A DNA stretch of 20,000 nucleotides from the IMG/VR virus record IMGVR_UViG_2799112477_000001; one strand, 5' to 3'. Made by a program: the position numbers and the translations under genes. Positions 7,321-18,100 of the stretch are shown piece by piece. Below the pieces are notes generated by a model. It did not search any database. It saw nothing but the letters and a program-made list of their open reading frames with translations, and had not been told where the DNA came from. The number at the start of each line of letters is the position of its first letter. Position 1 is the stretch's first letter. Source of the DNA: an uncultured virus (IMG/VR IMGVR_UViG_2799112477_000001) (Duplodnaviria > Heunggongvirae > Uroviricota > Caudoviricetes).

Positions 7321-7447
7321 TCTGTTTTTATTATTAAACGAAAGGAGCCGGGGGAAATGCCTAAAAATCGGTGACTGCATTTCCTCCGGCTTAACACCAT
7401 GAACACCATATCACAAAGAAAGGAATATGGTTCATGTTTCAATGAGT

Positions 7448-7476
7448 ATTATAGCAGTAGATAACGCAGATTGCCA
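7448..7476 (-). promoter_or_regulatory. extended -10 promoter upstream of the cas12a leader
   Basis: TGGCAA-N17-TATAAT with a TGn extension (TGCTATAAT). Confidence 0.65.
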
Positions 7477-7517
7477 CTTCTTTTTTGTGACGGTGCTGTT
7501 GCACTTAAGGTGATTGT

Positions 7518-7973
7518 TTAATGGCTCGGATGATAGTAGCCGAGCTCGATTGCAATGAAGTAGATCGCCCTCTTTCTGTATTTACTGAGCGTTCGCGGCG
7601 TAATCTCCAGATTTTCGCGCGAATATCCATAGACAAGGTTGTTTGTAAGGACATCTTTCAGTTTTTTGCCGGTGCGATTGTCTCTGCATGTCCTTGCTGC
7701 CTTGTATATGCCTTCGTGAATCGCTTTGATCTGCGCCTCTGCTGCTCTCTGTTCCCGCTGTTTATCTACGTGAGCTATAGCGATATTCTCTGTCTTTCTG
7801 GAGATGCTGTTTGTAGGTGAGACCGCTATTCCTCCGTACTGAGGGACCAGACCGTCCATATAGTCGTCGAGAGACCACGGAAGCTGCTCCGCTTTCTTCT
7901 CAAGCGAGGCATAGTTCTTCAGCAGATCCATAACCTTTTGCACTATATCTTTCGGCAGATGATAAGTCGTCAT
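7518..7973 (-). CDS. putative phage transcriptional regulator, ArpU/RinA-like (C-terminal sigma-region-4-like HTH)
   Basis: 151 aa. N-terminal LKNY, 'ISRKTENIAI', a coiled segment and C-terminal 'ITPRTLSKYRKRAIYFIAIELG' resemble the ArpU/RinA architecture. Confidence 0.55.
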   Translation of the reverse strand: MTTYHLPKDIVQKVMDLLKNYASLEKKAEQLPWSLDDYMDGLVPQYGGIAVSPTNSISRKTENIAIAHVDKQREQRAAEAQIKAIHEGIYKAARTCRDNRTGKKLKDVLTNNLVYGYSRENLEITPRTLSKYRKRAIYFIAIELGYYHPSH

Positions 7974-8263
7974 CAGAGGTCCTCTTCCTCGACTATTTCG
8001 AACTCTTCAGCGTTATCGATCTTGACACGCCTGATGAAATCTTCAGGGTAAGGTGTCCCGGTCAGAATGTAGGCGACCTGCGCGATCTGACTCAGGCGGA
8101 GCTTGCTGGGATCACGCAGAAATATCCCCACATAATGTGGGTTTACGTGCATCGCTTCAGCAAGGGCCTTCTTTGTAACCCCTGCGTCGAACATCGCGTC
8201 TTTGACCTTCTCAACATCCAGTTCAAGATCGTATTCCTGATTGGCAAGGCTGTTAATTCCCAT
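7973..8263 (-). CDS. Xre/Cro-type helix-turn-helix protein
   Basis: 'GVTKKALAEAMHVNPHYVGIFLRDPSKLRLSQIAQVAYIL' HTH pattern. Probable start MGINS at 8263 (ORF track extends to 8344). The stop overlaps the next start. Confidence 0.7.
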   Translation of the reverse strand: MGINSLANQEYDLELDVEKVKDAMFDAGVTKKALAEAMHVNPHYVGIFLRDPSKLRLSQIAQVAYILTGTPYPEDFIRRVKIDNAEEFEIVEEEDL

Positions 8264-8504
8264 GTTCGCCCTCTTTTCTGCTTTAGCTTGAAAATATATT
8301 TCACTCTTTAGTCGATTGTAGCATATAGAATGCACCGAATGCAACAGTATGTGACACGGAAGTGATATCAGCTTGACCTAATATTGCAACCGCCGAGGCG
8401 GGGAATGTTAAATTCATAGGTGTTGATTATAATTAAGATTATGAGGAAGGCGTAGATGAGTTGGAATGACTTCTGTTGGTGACAGACAGGCGGTATCGGT
8501 TAAC

Positions 8505-8540
8505 ATAAAGCAAGAGAGCCATTTCTGGCTCTCCTTTGCT
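8505..8540 (-). terminator. intrinsic terminator ending the hsd/RHH transcript
   Basis: Hairpin GAGAGCCA-GAAA-TGGCTCTC followed by TTGCTTTAT. Confidence 0.55.
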
Positions 8541-8615
8541 ATTCTTATTCATTTGATGCCGGGATCACTTCCGCTGTAAAAGTCGCTCAGATGGCGAAAT
8601 TTCAGCGTTTTATTG

Positions 8616-8813
8616 CTATAGGCAATGATTGTACAGGTACTCATCAAGGGCTTCTCTAAAGATCTCTGTTGTCCCTATTCCGCCTTTATGTTTCTCTATA
8701 TAATCGATCAACTCTTTATCAGTGTCATAACGTAGTCTGACGGTATATTTTGCGTAGTTGTTATTCTCCCAACGTTGCTTCACTTCTGTACTTGTTTGTA
8801 TTTTTCTCGCCAT
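8616..8813 (-). CDS. small ribbon-helix-helix-like DNA-binding protein
   Basis: 'YAKYTVRLRYDTDKELIDYIEK...TEIFREALDEYL' RHH pattern. RBS GAGAGGA precedes the ATG at 8813. Confidence 0.6.
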   Translation of the reverse strand: MARKIQTSTEVKQRWENNNYAKYTVRLRYDTDKELIDYIEKHKGGIGTTEIFREALDEYLYNHCL

Positions 8814-8824
8814 ATCTATTCCTC

Positions 8825-9403
8825 TCATTCAAATGTAACAGATATCTCATCAGGCTGCTCTTCCGCTGAGTCAGCATTCACTACAGAGAACTCCACATCC
8901 TGTTCAGCTGTAGCAGACTCGGCCACCTCTACGGCCTGCGCGTTGTCTACTTCATCCGAAAGGTATTTCTGCTCATATTTCTTGCAAAGTGCTATTACTA
9001 TTGCTCCGCCTACCATAAGGGATATCCCCATAGACACATCTGAGAACAGACAGAGGAACCCGAGGATGACCGCGATGACAGCTGCGCTGCCGATCTTTGA
9101 TACCGTTTCTGCGGGAGTGTCCTTCCTTTTGGTATACGTTCTGTTGGCATAAGCAGCAGATGAGGCAGCTTTCCGTCTTCTCTTCTTGGATGATCCGGAT
9201 CCGGCTTTGAACAGATCTTCTACGCTTACAGTCGTCTTGCGGTAGACCTTATTGTACATAGCACGTTTCGGGTCCTTGATCATGCCCATGCCCTTCTTCC
9301 CGTAAAACGGGTTCGTGGCTCTTTTGATCTGTCGCTTGACCTTACCTGTTGTTCTCGCTTTTACTCTTCTTTTGACGCTTGGTGTGCGTATTCCGACTTT
9401 CAT
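8825..9403 (-). CDS. phage-type membrane protein with a basic N-terminus
   Basis: N-terminal 'MKVGIRTPSVKRRVKARTTGKVKR...NPFYGKKGMG...YNKVYRKTT' is a recurrent prophage motif; two TM helices and an acidic tail. Confidence 0.7.
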   Translation of the reverse strand: MKVGIRTPSVKRRVKARTTGKVKRQIKRATNPFYGKKGMGMIKDPKRAMYNKVYRKTTVSVEDLFKAGSGSSKKRRRKAASSAAYANRTYTKRKDTPAETVSKIGSAAVIAVILGFLCLFSDVSMGISLMVGGAIVIALCKKYEQKYLSDEVDNAQAVEVAESATAEQDVEFSVVNADSAEEQPDEISVTFE

Positions 9404-9430
9404 TATGATTCTCCTGATTGCTATAACTTA

Positions 9431-9613
9431 CTACTGCTGTGAGGCAAGCTTCTCCATCTGCTTATTGTAATCATCGATGAATTTGTCTACTGCTCGCTCT
9501 ATCGCTACTGTTTTAGACTGGCCCGACTGTTCACAGTACTTTTCGAGTCTTTCAGCAACGCCAGCATCCATGCGGATGGTAACCGCTTTGTATTTCTTTT
9601 TTTCCTTTGTCAT
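9431..9613 (-). CDS. CopG/RHH-family DNA-binding protein
   Basis: 'AVTIRMDAGVAERLEKYCEQSGQSKTVAIERAVDKFI' is a classic RHH. RBS GGAGGT. Confidence 0.8.
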   Translation of the reverse strand: MTKEKKKYKAVTIRMDAGVAERLEKYCEQSGQSKTVAIERAVDKFIDDYNKQMEKLASQQ

Positions 9614-9618
9614 AGCGG

Positions 9619-12600
9619 CTACCTCCCCCCTGCTGCTATCCTTGCCGCTTCTTTGAATACCGCATCTGCCAGAACTGACATTATCGCATTGTACTTGGAC
9701 TCATCCTCAAACAGCGATTCATAAGTTTCCTGTGCTTCTACATAGCTGTTCTGAGCAGCCTCTCCGAATGCCTTCGGAAATATGCTCTGTCCAAAGATCT
9801 GCCTGTCTGAAGTGCTTGCAATCTTCATCAGCTTATCGTCAGCAGTGAATATAGGATACAGATTCGAAATGAGCACTTTATCGCCCTCTGTAAGCTGTCC
9901 GGCAAACTTCTCGTTGATTTTCTCGATTACTTCATCAAGGGGCTTCAGCGGGTCAAGGCCCATCGCGCTCTTGCTCTGAGGCGGCTCATATACACCCTTG
10001 CCATCCTCCAAAGATATTGAACCTTCGAAGGTCTTGTTGAGTTTGTAGTATTCAAGCTTGAGCTTGTTCTCGATATCTACCATCTTGACAGTCTCGACTG
10101 GGAGAAGCTTCAGAAGGTACGAGCAGAATACATATTCCTTATGAAGGTCCGCATCAAACATCCTGACTACCTGAGAAATGTATCCGTACCACCTTATAAG
10201 GCTCCTCAGCTGTCTTCTGAACTGATACCTGTCATCCGGATCCAGGGTATTATATCTGTCTGCCACTGGCTTAAGGATACTCGTCATCTTGCCCATAGAC
10301 CTGTCATCCTGTTTGCCAGGCTTGTAGTATTCATCAGCGAACTTCTCTATATCCGTATCATCATAAACCTTGAAATTTCGGAGTTCTCTCTGAGTCTGAT
10401 AGATCAGGTCAGCATTGACTTCCTGCTCAAGATATGTTTCCTGATAAAACGGGTTGAACGCTTCAGTGATATCATCTGCCGTATTGATGAAATCAATTAT
10501 AAGCGTATCATTCTTACCTGGACAGGTTCTGTTAAGCCTTGACAGAGTCTGTACAGCCTTTACGCCCTTGAGCTTCTTGTCCACGATCATCGTATGGAGG
10601 TAAGGCTCATCGAAGCCGGTCTGGAACTTTTCTGCTACGATAAGCATTCCGAAGTTATCATGGAACTCTTCCTTTGTCTGAGATTCGGAGATGGCAGAAC
10701 CGTCTCTGCGTTTGTTCAGCTTCGACTCTGTGTATTCATCACCGTTCTCCGGGACAGACCCTGAGAATGCAACAAGAACATCTACATCATCATAGCCATT
10801 CTTCTCGATATAATCCTTCACTGCGAAGTAATACTTTACAGCTGCAGGCCTCGAAGATGTAACGACCATCATCTTGCCCTTGCCGCCTATCTTGTGCCTT
10901 GTGACTTCTCTGAACGTTTCTACGATGATCGGTGTCTTCTGGCTGATATTATACGGATGCAGCTCCTCAAATTTTCTGATGACCTTTGCTGCCTTACTCG
11001 AAGGCACATCCGGGTTGTCTCTTGTAGTATTGGCTATCTTGAAGCAGGTATCGTAAGTCATGTAGTTCTGAAGGACATCAAGAATGAAGCCTTCTTCAAT
11101 TGCCTGCTTCATGCTGTAAATGTGGAATGGATGATATGATCCGTCAGGATACTCAGTTCCGAACATCTCAAGAGTCTTGTCCTTCGGTGTAGCCGTGAAG
11201 GCGAAGAATGACAGATTCTTATGCTTTCCGTGTGAGATGAGTTCCTGAATCAGTTTATTATCTGGATCGAACTTCTCTTCCTCGATTGCCTCATATTCCG
11301 CATATTCTCTCAGCGCTTCCTCTGTATCAGCAAGTGCCGTCTTGAGTTTCATAGCTGCGGAACCGGTCTGTGAAGAATGTGCTTCGTCTACAATGACAGC
11401 ATAATTTTTGCCATCGGCTTTATCTACTTCCTGATAGATGACTGGAAACTTCTGAAGCGTTGTAACGATGATCCTCTTTCCATCATTAATAGCGTTTTTG
11501 AGATCCTGTGAGGACTTACCCTCACCGATGGTCTCTACAGAGCCTATGGTGTGGTCAAAGCATGAAATAGTATTCTGCAGCTGTGCATCGAGGACAGTTC
11601 TGTCAGTTACTACAATTACACTCTTGAATATTGCATTATCGTCGATGTCGTGAAGTGACGCTAATCTGTAAGCGGTCCATGCTATGGAGTTCGACTTGCC
11701 CGAGCCTGCACTGTGCTGGATAAGGTAGTTATGCCCTGCTCCGTTAGCAGAAACGTCTGCGATGAGCTTTCTCACGCAGTCAAGCTGATGGAACCTCGGA
11801 AAAATGAGGTTCTGCTTCTTCACGACCTTCTCGTTGCCGTGTTTATCTACGGTTTTGTCTGTCTTCACTTCAAGGTGTATGAACTTTTTGATGACGTCCA
11901 TCATACTGTCTTTAGTAAAGACGTTCTCCCAAAGATACGCTGTAGGATATCCGTTTGGATTCGGAGGGTTGCCCGCTCCGCCGTCGTTACCGGCTCCGTT
12001 TGAGCCCTGATTGAACGGCAGGAAGTATGTGTCACCCTTAGCAAGTTTAGTTGTCATCCAAACTTCGGTCTGATCGACTGCAAAGTATCCGAGTATCCTC
12101 TTATTGAACTGGAAACATATCTCGGAAGGATCTCTGTCATACATCCACTGTCTTTTGCTGTTCTCTACATCCTGTCCTGTGTACTGGTTCTTCAGTTCGA
12201 ATGCGAATACCGGAATGCCATTTACAGCAAGCATCATGTCCACAGAGTTATTATTGACTGCTGAATAACGCCACTGTCTCACCACGTTTATGACATTGGC
12301 ATCATACAGCTTCTGTGCGGTCCTGTTTAAGCGCGATTCAGGCTTGAAATAGCAGACATGGAAAGTTATACCTCTGTGCTTGAAACCATGTCTCAGAACG
12401 GAAATAAGGCCATCTCTGTCGCTTGCATTATTGAAGGCGATACAGAACTTCTTTTCCGGATCGATCTTGTTCTGCATGACAAATCTTGCCCACTCCTTTG
12501 GCTGCGTAGCCTTGATGAAGTCGGTCAGTGTCTGCTTATACACTCCTAGCTTTGGATCATAGACGTCAGAAGTATTTGTATAACCGCCGTAATGCAGAAG

Positions 12601-12654
12601 TGATGACTCTATATCCTGCTCAAAGCGCTTCTCATTAGTCTGGTCTATTGCCAT
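9619..12654 (-). CDS. hsdR: type I restriction endonuclease subunit R
   Basis: D...NGIP...ELKN nuclease motif, Walker [34 protein letters not shown]. Confidence 0.95.
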   Translation of the reverse strand: MAIDQTNEKRFEQDIESSLLHYGGYTNTSDVYDPKLGVYKQTLTDFIKATQPKEWARFVMQNKIDPEKKFCIAFNNASDRDGLISVLRHGFKHRGITFHVCYFKPESRLNRTAQKLYDANVINVVRQWRYSAVNNNSVDMMLAVNGIPVFAFELKNQYTGQDVENSKRQWMYDRDPSEICFQFNKRILGYFAVDQTEVWMTTKLAKGDTYFLPFNQGSNGAGNDGGAGNPPNPNGYPTAYLWENVFTKDSMMDVIKKFIHLEVKTDKTVDKHGNEKVVKKQNLIFPRFHQLDCVRKLIADVSANGAGHNYLIQHSAGSGKSNSIAWTAYRLASLHDIDDNAIFKSVIVVTDRTVLDAQLQNTISCFDHTIGSVETIGEGKSSQDLKNAINDGKRIIVTTLQKFPVIYQEVDKADGKNYAVIVDEAHSSQTGSAAMKLKTALADTEEALREYAEYEAIEEEKFDPDNKLIQELISHGKHKNLSFFAFTATPKDKTLEMFGTEYPDGSYHPFHIYSMKQAIEEGFILDVLQNYMTYDTCFKIANTTRDNPDVPSSKAAKVIRKFEELHPYNISQKTPIIVETFREVTRHKIGGKGKMMVVTSSRPAAVKYYFAVKDYIEKNGYDDVDVLVAFSGSVPENGDEYTESKLNKRRDGSAISESQTKEEFHDNFGMLIVAEKFQTGFDEPYLHTMIVDKKLKGVKAVQTLSRLNRTCPGKNDTLIIDFINTADDITEAFNPFYQETYLEQEVNADLIYQTQRELRNFKVYDDTDIEKFADEYYKPGKQDDRSMGKMTSILKPVADRYNTLDPDDRYQFRRQLRSLIRWYGYISQVVRMFDADLHKEYVFCSYLLKLLPVETVKMVDIENKLKLEYYKLNKTFEGSISLEDGKGVYEPPQSKSAMGLDPLKPLDEVIEKINEKFAGQLTEGDKVLISNLYPIFTADDKLMKIASTSDRQIFGQSIFPKAFGEAAQNSYVEAQETYESLFEDESKYNAIMSVLADAVFKEAARIAAGGR

Positions 12655-14756
12655 CAGTTACCCTCTTTCTTTTTGTTATCTCTTGCACTGTATACGAAAT
12701 CACTACGATCAAGGCCATATCTATCAACCAGTGCGCGTATAATACACATAATAGTTGCCGCAGAGAACCCTGAACTTTCATAGATTTCGGAATCAGCCAC
12801 CTTCAAATTGCTGCCCCATGTCAGCTTGTAGTCATACGAAAACATCACTACACTGGACCATTCAAGAATATTCTCGTTACTTCTTGCCATGCTCTCTATC
12901 AGGCTAGGATCAAGCTCATAAAGCTTGTCTATGAAGATCCTGAGCATCTCTGCGAAGTTTGATGCCTTGATGCGTTCTCCCATAAATACGAAGTAGTTTG
13001 GTGCTTTATAAGTCGCATCCTCAGGATTTTCGCAGGTGTACTCTTTATATCTAGGATCAGCGAATGATACTACTTTCTCAGGCTTATCATATCTGAACAT
13101 GTCAAGAATCATCTTTGACAGTCTTTCTGCTCTTGCCTCGATCGTATCCTTGTTCCATGCTGTAAGACCTTTGACGTCTTTGTTCAGGATCACTACTTTA
13201 GTTCCCTTTTCATCAAGCATGTCAAGTTTCTGAAGGAACGGTCTGTCGCCCAGTTCACTGTTATGCCCGGTAAGAGTAAGGTTGCCCAGTGTATGCAGAT
13301 ATGTGTTTCTTACATTTTCATAGTCGGTCCCGAGCATATTCTGCCAGTTTGTAGACAGATTCTTATTCTGAGGCATAATGTGCTCGATAGTCAGATTATC
13401 TGTAAGTATTTGTTCCTTACTCTGATTTTCTATAGATGTGAGCAGGAATCTGCAAAGAGCATATTTGTGATAAAGGTCGTTCTTCTTCAGTGCTTCAAGG
13501 AATGTTAGATCTCGAGGCATCTCATCTCTGGAAGTCAACTGGGTCAGGAATGAAACTATCGAATCATAGTAATGTTCCTTGTTCTCCGGTACATTGAATA
13601 CTCTTGTATAGAGTGTCTTGTACAGTCCTCTTAATGAGTTCGAAGCGATTTCACACATGGTGCGGCGTACACTATATGAAACAAGAAGTCTTAAGGTCTT
13701 AACAAGCTCCTTCTCGCTTATGACCTCATTCAGGAAATCATCAAATACTCTATAAAGGAACAGGAATGCGGTTGTCTGATTCAGTGCCTGCAAGTTTCCG
13801 AGAAGGCTGTTGACCTCATCGCTGTATTTGCTGCTTCCATGCATAAATGAATGATACAGTTCTGCATAATGCAGAAGCTCCTGCAGCATGGTTTCGTTAT
13901 CGTATCCGCCGTCTTCATAGAGTCCCTTGAACTGGTCGTAGGCGTATTTCTCCTTCGCAAACTCATCGAGTTTCAGATTCAGATACGAGTAGAAGAATTC
14001 GTTTCGATAGTCTTTCTTGACAAGCTGCTCGATCTTGATCCAGTATTCTTCGAACAGTCTGTCCTGATCGACGTCAGTCATGAGAACGAAGTTCCGGATC
14101 TTGTCTGCAAGGCTGAGAGGAACACCTGTGGAATTGATTCTCTCAAATATTTCCTGAGCATTATCATCGGGACCGAGCTGAATTCTTGCGCAAGTAAGTC
14201 TGCCGATACCATTGAAAATATCCTTTATCCTGAGATCAGGGTCCTTCTCCATCGCTCTTTTTATGAGAGTGCAGAATAGCTCGTAGTTGTGCCAGATTCC
14301 GGATGATCTGTCAACCTCATCGAATTTATTGTCCATGATGAGCATAAGCTGCCTGTTATCTGACTTGACAGGCTTAAGTTTGAGCTTAGTTGCTTCTGTA
14401 ACATCGAAGGAGTCGTATTTGTCCTTATTGATAATAGTGTCTAGGATGGCTTCCTTATCGTATTTCTTATCTGCAAGATCAAGGAGCGCCTTCAGGAGCA
14501 GATAAATGGTCGTAAGTCTCTGCTGTCCGTCAATGATTACATATGACTGGATATTAAGACCGTTGTTCAATGGTGCGAAGACAACAGATCCACAGAAGTG
14601 CTGCTTATCCCTTTTGTAAGCATTGACGATATCCTCAAACAGTTTCTTGCAGTCGTCCTCTGACCACTCATAGTTACGCTGATATACAGGGATAGCGTAC
14701 TGCCTCTTATTAGGTTCGATGAAGTCGTTAATTATTCTTCCAGGAGCAATATCCAT
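12654..14756 (-). CDS. DUF262 + DUF1524 (HNH) protein, GmrSD/RloF-like modification-dependent nuclease
   Basis: [20 protein letters not shown] and IFERINSTG (DUF262); TIEHIMPQ...LGNLTL...N (HNH, DUF1524); extra C-terminal domain. Confidence 0.9.
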   Translation of the reverse strand: MDIAPGRIINDFIEPNKRQYAIPVYQRNYEWSEDDCKKLFEDIVNAYKRDKQHFCGSVVFAPLNNGLNIQSYVIIDGQQRLTTIYLLLKALLDLADKKYDKEAILDTIINKDKYDSFDVTEATKLKLKPVKSDNRQLMLIMDNKFDEVDRSSGIWHNYELFCTLIKRAMEKDPDLRIKDIFNGIGRLTCARIQLGPDDNAQEIFERINSTGVPLSLADKIRNFVLMTDVDQDRLFEEYWIKIEQLVKKDYRNEFFYSYLNLKLDEFAKEKYAYDQFKGLYEDGGYDNETMLQELLHYAELYHSFMHGSSKYSDEVNSLLGNLQALNQTTAFLFLYRVFDDFLNEVISEKELVKTLRLLVSYSVRRTMCEIASNSLRGLYKTLYTRVFNVPENKEHYYDSIVSFLTQLTSRDEMPRDLTFLEALKKNDLYHKYALCRFLLTSIENQSKEQILTDNLTIEHIMPQNKNLSTNWQNMLGTDYENVRNTYLHTLGNLTLTGHNSELGDRPFLQKLDMLDEKGTKVVILNKDVKGLTAWNKDTIEARAERLSKMILDMFRYDKPEKVVSFADPRYKEYTCENPEDATYKAPNYFVFMGERIKASNFAEMLRIFIDKLYELDPSLIESMARSNENILEWSSVVMFSYDYKLTWGSNLKVADSEIYESSGFSAATIMCIIRALVDRYGLDRSDFVYSARDNKKKEGN

Positions 14757-16021
14757 TAATTCGGTACCTCCTTCTTGCCTGTAAGATATTCGTATATGAG
14801 GGATTTTTTATATGACTCGAGTTCAGCAATAAGCTGCTCTTTCTTTTCTATGACCCTATCAATTTCAGAGCACTTATCATCCAAATAGCGAGATATTTCT
14901 GTTTGTTCCTCTTTATTCGGTATAAGCACAGGCATACTCTTAAGTAGCGGTTGCCCTAAACTTGCCCGAGTCACGATATTCATTTGTTTTGCAAGGAAAA
15001 TTCTATGGTGACTGCTTCGGAAATAATACTTTGAATATCCAATATCCAAAGTATTATTTATTGGCCGTAGTCTAATCAGAAATCCGGCAAACGTCGCATG
15101 AGGTATGGTTTCCTCACAAACACTAGAAAAACCTACTTCCTCTATAGTTTCAGATGTTCGTGTAAAGAAAATATCGCCTTTTTTGACTGAATACAGTGCT
15201 TGCTCTGCCTCACTCGACTGAATCAAACCACTTAATGCTTTCGGCAATGCAATATTTTTATAGACATCTCCATAACTTACAAAAGGAAAACCCTCTCCGA
15301 AATATTCCCCACCTTTACTAATTCCATTCTGCAATACTCCTATATGGCGCAATTTACAAACGTTCCATGATTCGGGAATATCACCTATCCACTCAATCCC
15401 GCTATCCTTCATCTCACGATTCGGGCGGATTCCTTTTGTAACCGCCTGAGTTATAACAGACTGCTTGAGTTTCTTGTATTCTTCGATGGATGCGCGGGTC
15501 TTTTCAATAACTGCATCTATACTGGAGCATTCTGTATTAAGGAACGATACGATGCGGGCCTGCTCTTTCTCAGATGGCCAAGCGATAACAAGTTTGTTCC
15601 ATAGCGATGCGGACCAAGTAGCAAGACTCACTGAATCAACAACAACTGAAGAAATACTCTGCTGTAAGCTATAACGCACAAACGCTCTGTTAATACTTGG
15701 TTTTATACATGCTCGAATAATATGGTCAGTATAACAAGCTGACTTCGAAGGTAGATATACATATGGTGTTCCGTTTCTTGACAAGAGCAAATCATTTTCG
15801 TTTGTATATTTCCAGTCAGGAAAGTCTTTATACTTCGTTCTTATTGGTTCAATACCGGCAGTGTAAAAAACAATATCGCTCTCATCGGAGGACCACAGTT
15901 CTTTGTCTATCCCCTCACCAGTATTCATTCCATTGTGTAAATACTTAAATCGGATTGTTCCCCAGTCATTTGGTATTTGTCCGATCCAGTCGACTCCACT
16001 CTTTTTCATTTCCCTCGCCAT
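14756..16021 (-). CDS. hsdS: type I R-M specificity subunit S
   Basis: Two TRDs with repeated conserved regions (EMKKSGVDWIGQIP / EMKDSGIEWIGDIP; EQARI / EQTEI; KQSVITQAVTKG / KKSLIYEYLTGK). Confidence 0.95.
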   Translation of the reverse strand: MAREMKKSGVDWIGQIPNDWGTIRFKYLHNGMNTGEGIDKELWSSDESDIVFYTAGIEPIRTKYKDFPDWKYTNENDLLLSRNGTPYVYLPSKSACYTDHIIRACIKPSINRAFVRYSLQQSISSVVVDSVSLATWSASLWNKLVIAWPSEKEQARIVSFLNTECSSIDAVIEKTRASIEEYKKLKQSVITQAVTKGIRPNREMKDSGIEWIGDIPESWNVCKLRHIGVLQNGISKGGEYFGEGFPFVSYGDVYKNIALPKALSGLIQSSEAEQALYSVKKGDIFFTRTSETIEEVGFSSVCEETIPHATFAGFLIRLRPINNTLDIGYSKYYFRSSHHRIFLAKQMNIVTRASLGQPLLKSMPVLIPNKEEQTEISRYLDDKCSEIDRVIEKKEQLIAELESYKKSLIYEYLTGKKEVPN

Positions 16022-16023
16022 TC

Positions 16024-17781
16024 TTACGCCTCCTTATGGAACAGAGACTGCAGGCTTTCAGAGATTTCTGACTCAAGGTCTGTAATTCTATCCATAATAT
16101 CCTCTACCGCTTCAGGGGCCTGGTACTCGTAGAAAAATCTCGTCATTGGGATTTCATAGCCGACCTTTGTTTTTGCCTTATCTACCCATGCATCTTGTGC
16201 ATATGGAAGGACTTCTCTTTTGAAATACTCGTCTATGTCTTCCTTCAGCGGCACATTTTCGGTATCTCTGAGACTTGAATCAGCGACTGGCTTACCTTTC
16301 TTAAGGACAATGACGCCATTTTCATCTCGCTGCGGTCTCTCTACAACGATTTTTCTGTAACCAAAGTCTTCGCCATCGAAGATCTTGCTTTCGCAGTAAA
16401 TTCCATCTTTATCACCATAGATCTTTCCATCCTGGAATTCGCCTACGGCTGTTACGATCAGATTCCTGCAATAATCAGTGATGTCGTTGCGTTTGTTTCC
16501 GATTGATTTGCGTCTCGGTTCACAGCAATGGGATGCATCAATAAGCTGAACCTTACCGGCTTTATATTCAGGTTTCGCCTTATCAATGACCCACACATAC
16601 GTACTGATACCTGTATTCATAAAAGCATCTGTGCTGAGCTGAATGATGCAATCAAGATAGTCGTTCTCTATAAGGAACTGCCTGATGTTAGACGGCCCGC
16701 TTCCGGCATCTCCGGAAAATAGAGGCGAACCATTCTGGATTATAGCCATCCTGCCGTCATCGGTAAGCTTGTTAACACCATTGAGTACGAAAAGCTGTTG
16801 CCCGTCTGATATCTTAGGCAGCCCCGGAGCAAATCTTCCCTTCTCTCCAAGCTTGTGCTCCGCTTCTACAGCCTTTTGTTCACGCTTCCAGTCAATGCCG
16901 AATGGAGGATTACTTATGATGTACTGGAAGTGGAATCCCTTAAATTTATCATCGGATAAGGTATCTCCGAATCTCATGTTCTCAGGATCCCCGCCACGTA
17001 TCAGAGTATCTGCTTTCGCAATAGCGTATGTAGACGGATTTATCTCCTGCCCGAAGGTTGTTACTACAGCATCCTTGTTAAGGGCCAGAATTCGCTCTGT
17101 CATGCACGAAAGCATCTGAGAGGTACCCATTGTCATATCATAGACTGTAACGTTCTCCTCACCAATATCCTTGTCTACAAGCAGCACATCTGTCATGAGG
17201 TATATTATGTCTCTGCTTGTGAAATGCGCTCCGGCCTGCTCATCGTAGCTTTCAGAGAATCTTCTGACCAGCTCCTCAAATATGTATCCGCAGTCAACAG
17301 CACTGACCTTGTCTGGTCCGAGATAGCCCTTAGCTGAATTGAATTCCTGTATTACAAGGTACAGAGTGTTGCTTTCCACCATCCTCTTGATGATATTGTC
17401 GAACTCAAACTTGGACAGGATGTCCTGCACGTTCGGTGAAAATCCTGCAACATAATCTCTGAAGTTCATCTCGATATTCTCAGGATCAGCAAGCAAAGAA
17501 TCAAATGTATACTTGCTTGTATTATAAAAGCTGTAGCCGGATGCTCTTGTGAGAAATCCGTCTATTACAGCCAGCTTCTGGACTTTCTTATACTGTTCCT
17601 GCACTTTTTCATGTGTCGGCAGCAAACAATCATGGAATCTCTTGATCACCGTCATCGGAAGAATAACCAGGCCGTACTCGTGAGGTTTGAACGGACCTGC
17701 AAGATGAGTGGCAACATTCCATATGACAGCTGCTTTTTCAGATATGTTTACTCCTACATTGGATACTTTATTCTCGCTCAT
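16024..17781 (-). CDS. hsdM: type I R-M N6-adenine methyltransferase subunit M
   Basis: AGAHFTSRD, motif I VYDMTMGTSQM, GQEIN, motif IV NPPF. Confidence 0.95.
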   Translation of the reverse strand: MSENKVSNVGVNISEKAAVIWNVATHLAGPFKPHEYGLVILPMTVIKRFHDCLLPTHEKVQEQYKKVQKLAVIDGFLTRASGYSFYNTSKYTFDSLLADPENIEMNFRDYVAGFSPNVQDILSKFEFDNIIKRMVESNTLYLVIQEFNSAKGYLGPDKVSAVDCGYIFEELVRRFSESYDEQAGAHFTSRDIIYLMTDVLLVDKDIGEENVTVYDMTMGTSQMLSCMTERILALNKDAVVTTFGQEINPSTYAIAKADTLIRGGDPENMRFGDTLSDDKFKGFHFQYIISNPPFGIDWKREQKAVEAEHKLGEKGRFAPGLPKISDGQQLFVLNGVNKLTDDGRMAIIQNGSPLFSGDAGSGPSNIRQFLIENDYLDCIIQLSTDAFMNTGISTYVWVIDKAKPEYKAGKVQLIDASHCCEPRRKSIGNKRNDITDYCRNLIVTAVGEFQDGKIYGDKDGIYCESKIFDGEDFGYRKIVVERPQRDENGVIVLKKGKPVADSSLRDTENVPLKEDIDEYFKREVLPYAQDAWVDKAKTKVGYEIPMTRFFYEYQAPEAVEDIMDRITDLESEISESLQSLFHKEA

Positions 17782-17810
17782 ATAAGTGCTCCTTTTACAT
17801 TGATACGGTA

Positions 17811-17839
17811 ATTATACCACACTTTGCCGTTTTACGCAT
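17811..17839 (-). promoter_or_regulatory. extended -10 promoter of the hsd operon
   Basis: ATGCGT-N17-TATAAT with TGG extension, 30 nt upstream of the hsdM ATG. Confidence 0.6.
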
Positions 17840-18100
17840 TAAAATGCAATACAAATATTGCATGCGCATACATGATATTATCCTACAGATTTAACACTAT
17901 CATTGTCTTATGACTCGCGATAAAAAAGTACAACGCAGTACATCGCGATTTCCGACATTTTTTGCATGAGATCCGACAAAAGAAACACGTTCGCCTAAAG
18001 GCGCCAGATAGTGCTTCTTGACGTTGGAATTTCAACGGTTTAGAGTGATCATACCGGCCGGGTAAATGTAAAACACACTTGACATAGAAAGGAGCCAGCA

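Noticed and set aside
7454..7464. ATCTACT near the cas12a promoter as another CRISPR handle
   Set aside because: Only a half-site; there is no AATCTCTAC/GTAGAT pair.
7967..7974. 8-nt match (TCGTCATC) of the array-2 second guide at the ArpU-like start codon, plus a 9-nt match at 10281
   Set aside because: Matches this short are expected by chance in 20 kb, and the flanks share no PAM.
8558..8578. GCCGGGATCACTTCCGCTGTA resembles 19064-19090 (first guide/handle of array 2), a possible self-target
   Set aside because: It needs gaps and seed mismatches and has no T-rich PAM; it could be chance or a decayed copy.
17110..17150. HsdM motif I 'DMTMGTSQM' deviating from DPACGSGG as a sign of inactivation
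   Set aside because: The ORF and NPPF motif are intact, and motif I varies among HsdM subfamilies, so there is no evidence of inactivation.
3668..17811. Many plus-strand ORFs antisense to cas12a, hsdR, the DUF262 gene, hsdS and hsdM
   Set aside because: These are shadow ORFs of long genes with clear family motifs on the opposite strand.
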